The notes under the pieces: generated by a model
Database searches by the model: none
Told to the model about the DNA's origin: nothing
Seen by the model: the letters and a program-made list of their open reading frames with translations, nothing else
DNA from: a virus
Taxonomy: Duplodnaviria; Caudoviricetes
Direction: 5' to 3' (one strand)
IMG/VR virus record: IMGVR_UViG_3300032305_002837
Coordinates: 1-28,318 of that record
Length of the DNA stretch: 28,318 nucleotides
Made by a program: the position numbers and the translations under genes
Part shown: positions 28,127 through 28,318 of the stretch, in pieces
Numbering within the stretch: the stretch's first letter is position 1
Layout: each line of letters starts with the position of its first letter

Positions 28127-28156
28127 ATTTCTAAATGATATTGGTTCATAGTTTAA

Positions 28157-28184
28157 ATTATAATTAATTCAAACTATTTGTCAA
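28157..28184 (-). promoter_or_regulatory. Consensus sigma70-type promoter facing the MCP terminator
   Basis: Minus strand TTGACA (28184-28179), 16-nt spacer, TATAAT (28162-28157). Confidence 0.7.
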
Positions 28185-28202
28185 GATTAATCTGCATCTA
28201 TG

Positions 28203-28318
28203 CTATCTTCGTTTCTTGACTTCTTTAATTAAATTTTTAATTAATTTGATTGCCTTGTCAATTAAATCACTTTTACGAACATCAATGTTGCTTTGACTAT
28301 ATTTTTCTTTATATCCAA
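28203..28318 (-). CDS. C-terminal end of a gene entering from beyond the window
   Basis: Open frame GYKEKYSQSNIDVRKSDLIDKAIKLIKNLIKEVKKRR ending in TAG at 28205-28203. Confidence 0.5.
   Translation of the reverse strand, partial: GYKEKYSQSNIDVRKSDLIDKAIKLIKNLIKEVKKRR

Noticed and set aside
28069-28150. Flanks of the MCP-like insert as CRISPR repeats (TATGTGGTATGAAA loosely recalls some type I-B repeats)
   Set aside because: The two flanks are not copies of each other, so no repeat-spacer-repeat array can be called.
1-28318. Stop-codon reassignment as seen in some large phages
   Set aside because: Core genes are full length in code 11 and end in TAA, TAG (MCP) and TGA (protease); coding density is high.
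1-28318. tRNA, rRNA, CRISPR array, integrase or transposase
   Set aside because: None recognised; intergenic spaces are short and lack such patterns.

Overview
AT-rich segment of a large T4-like (gp23-type capsid) dsDNA phage genome using the standard genetic code. The right third is the head module: an intein-containing gp20-like portal, a large putative prohead core protein, gp21 protease, gp22-like scaffold, gp23 major capsid protein (MCP) and a terminator. A gp17-like large terminase lies about 8 kb upstream on the opposite strand. The left third holds two large proteins with N-termini resembling T4 capsid-targeting sequences and a glycan-modification cluster (beta-propeller glycosidase-like protein, sulfotransferase, GT2-like transferase, methyltransferase, DegT aminotransferase). 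The middle holds a ferritin-like protein, a thermolysin-like HExxH peptidase with a Cys-rich tail, a BCS1-like AAA ATPase and many hypotheticals. The most unusual signal is just past the MCP terminator. A consensus sigma70 promoter on the minus strand points into a short unit carrying an inverted, wobble-diverged copy of the last ~11 MCP codons, and the MCP's own 3' end appears recoded. This could be a guide-like or decoy RNA. Also notable are a recurrent TA(A/T)ATA-N4-7-ATG leaderless late-promoter motif and a degenerate intein linker with an HTH. All calls come from reading motifs by eye; no database searches were run.
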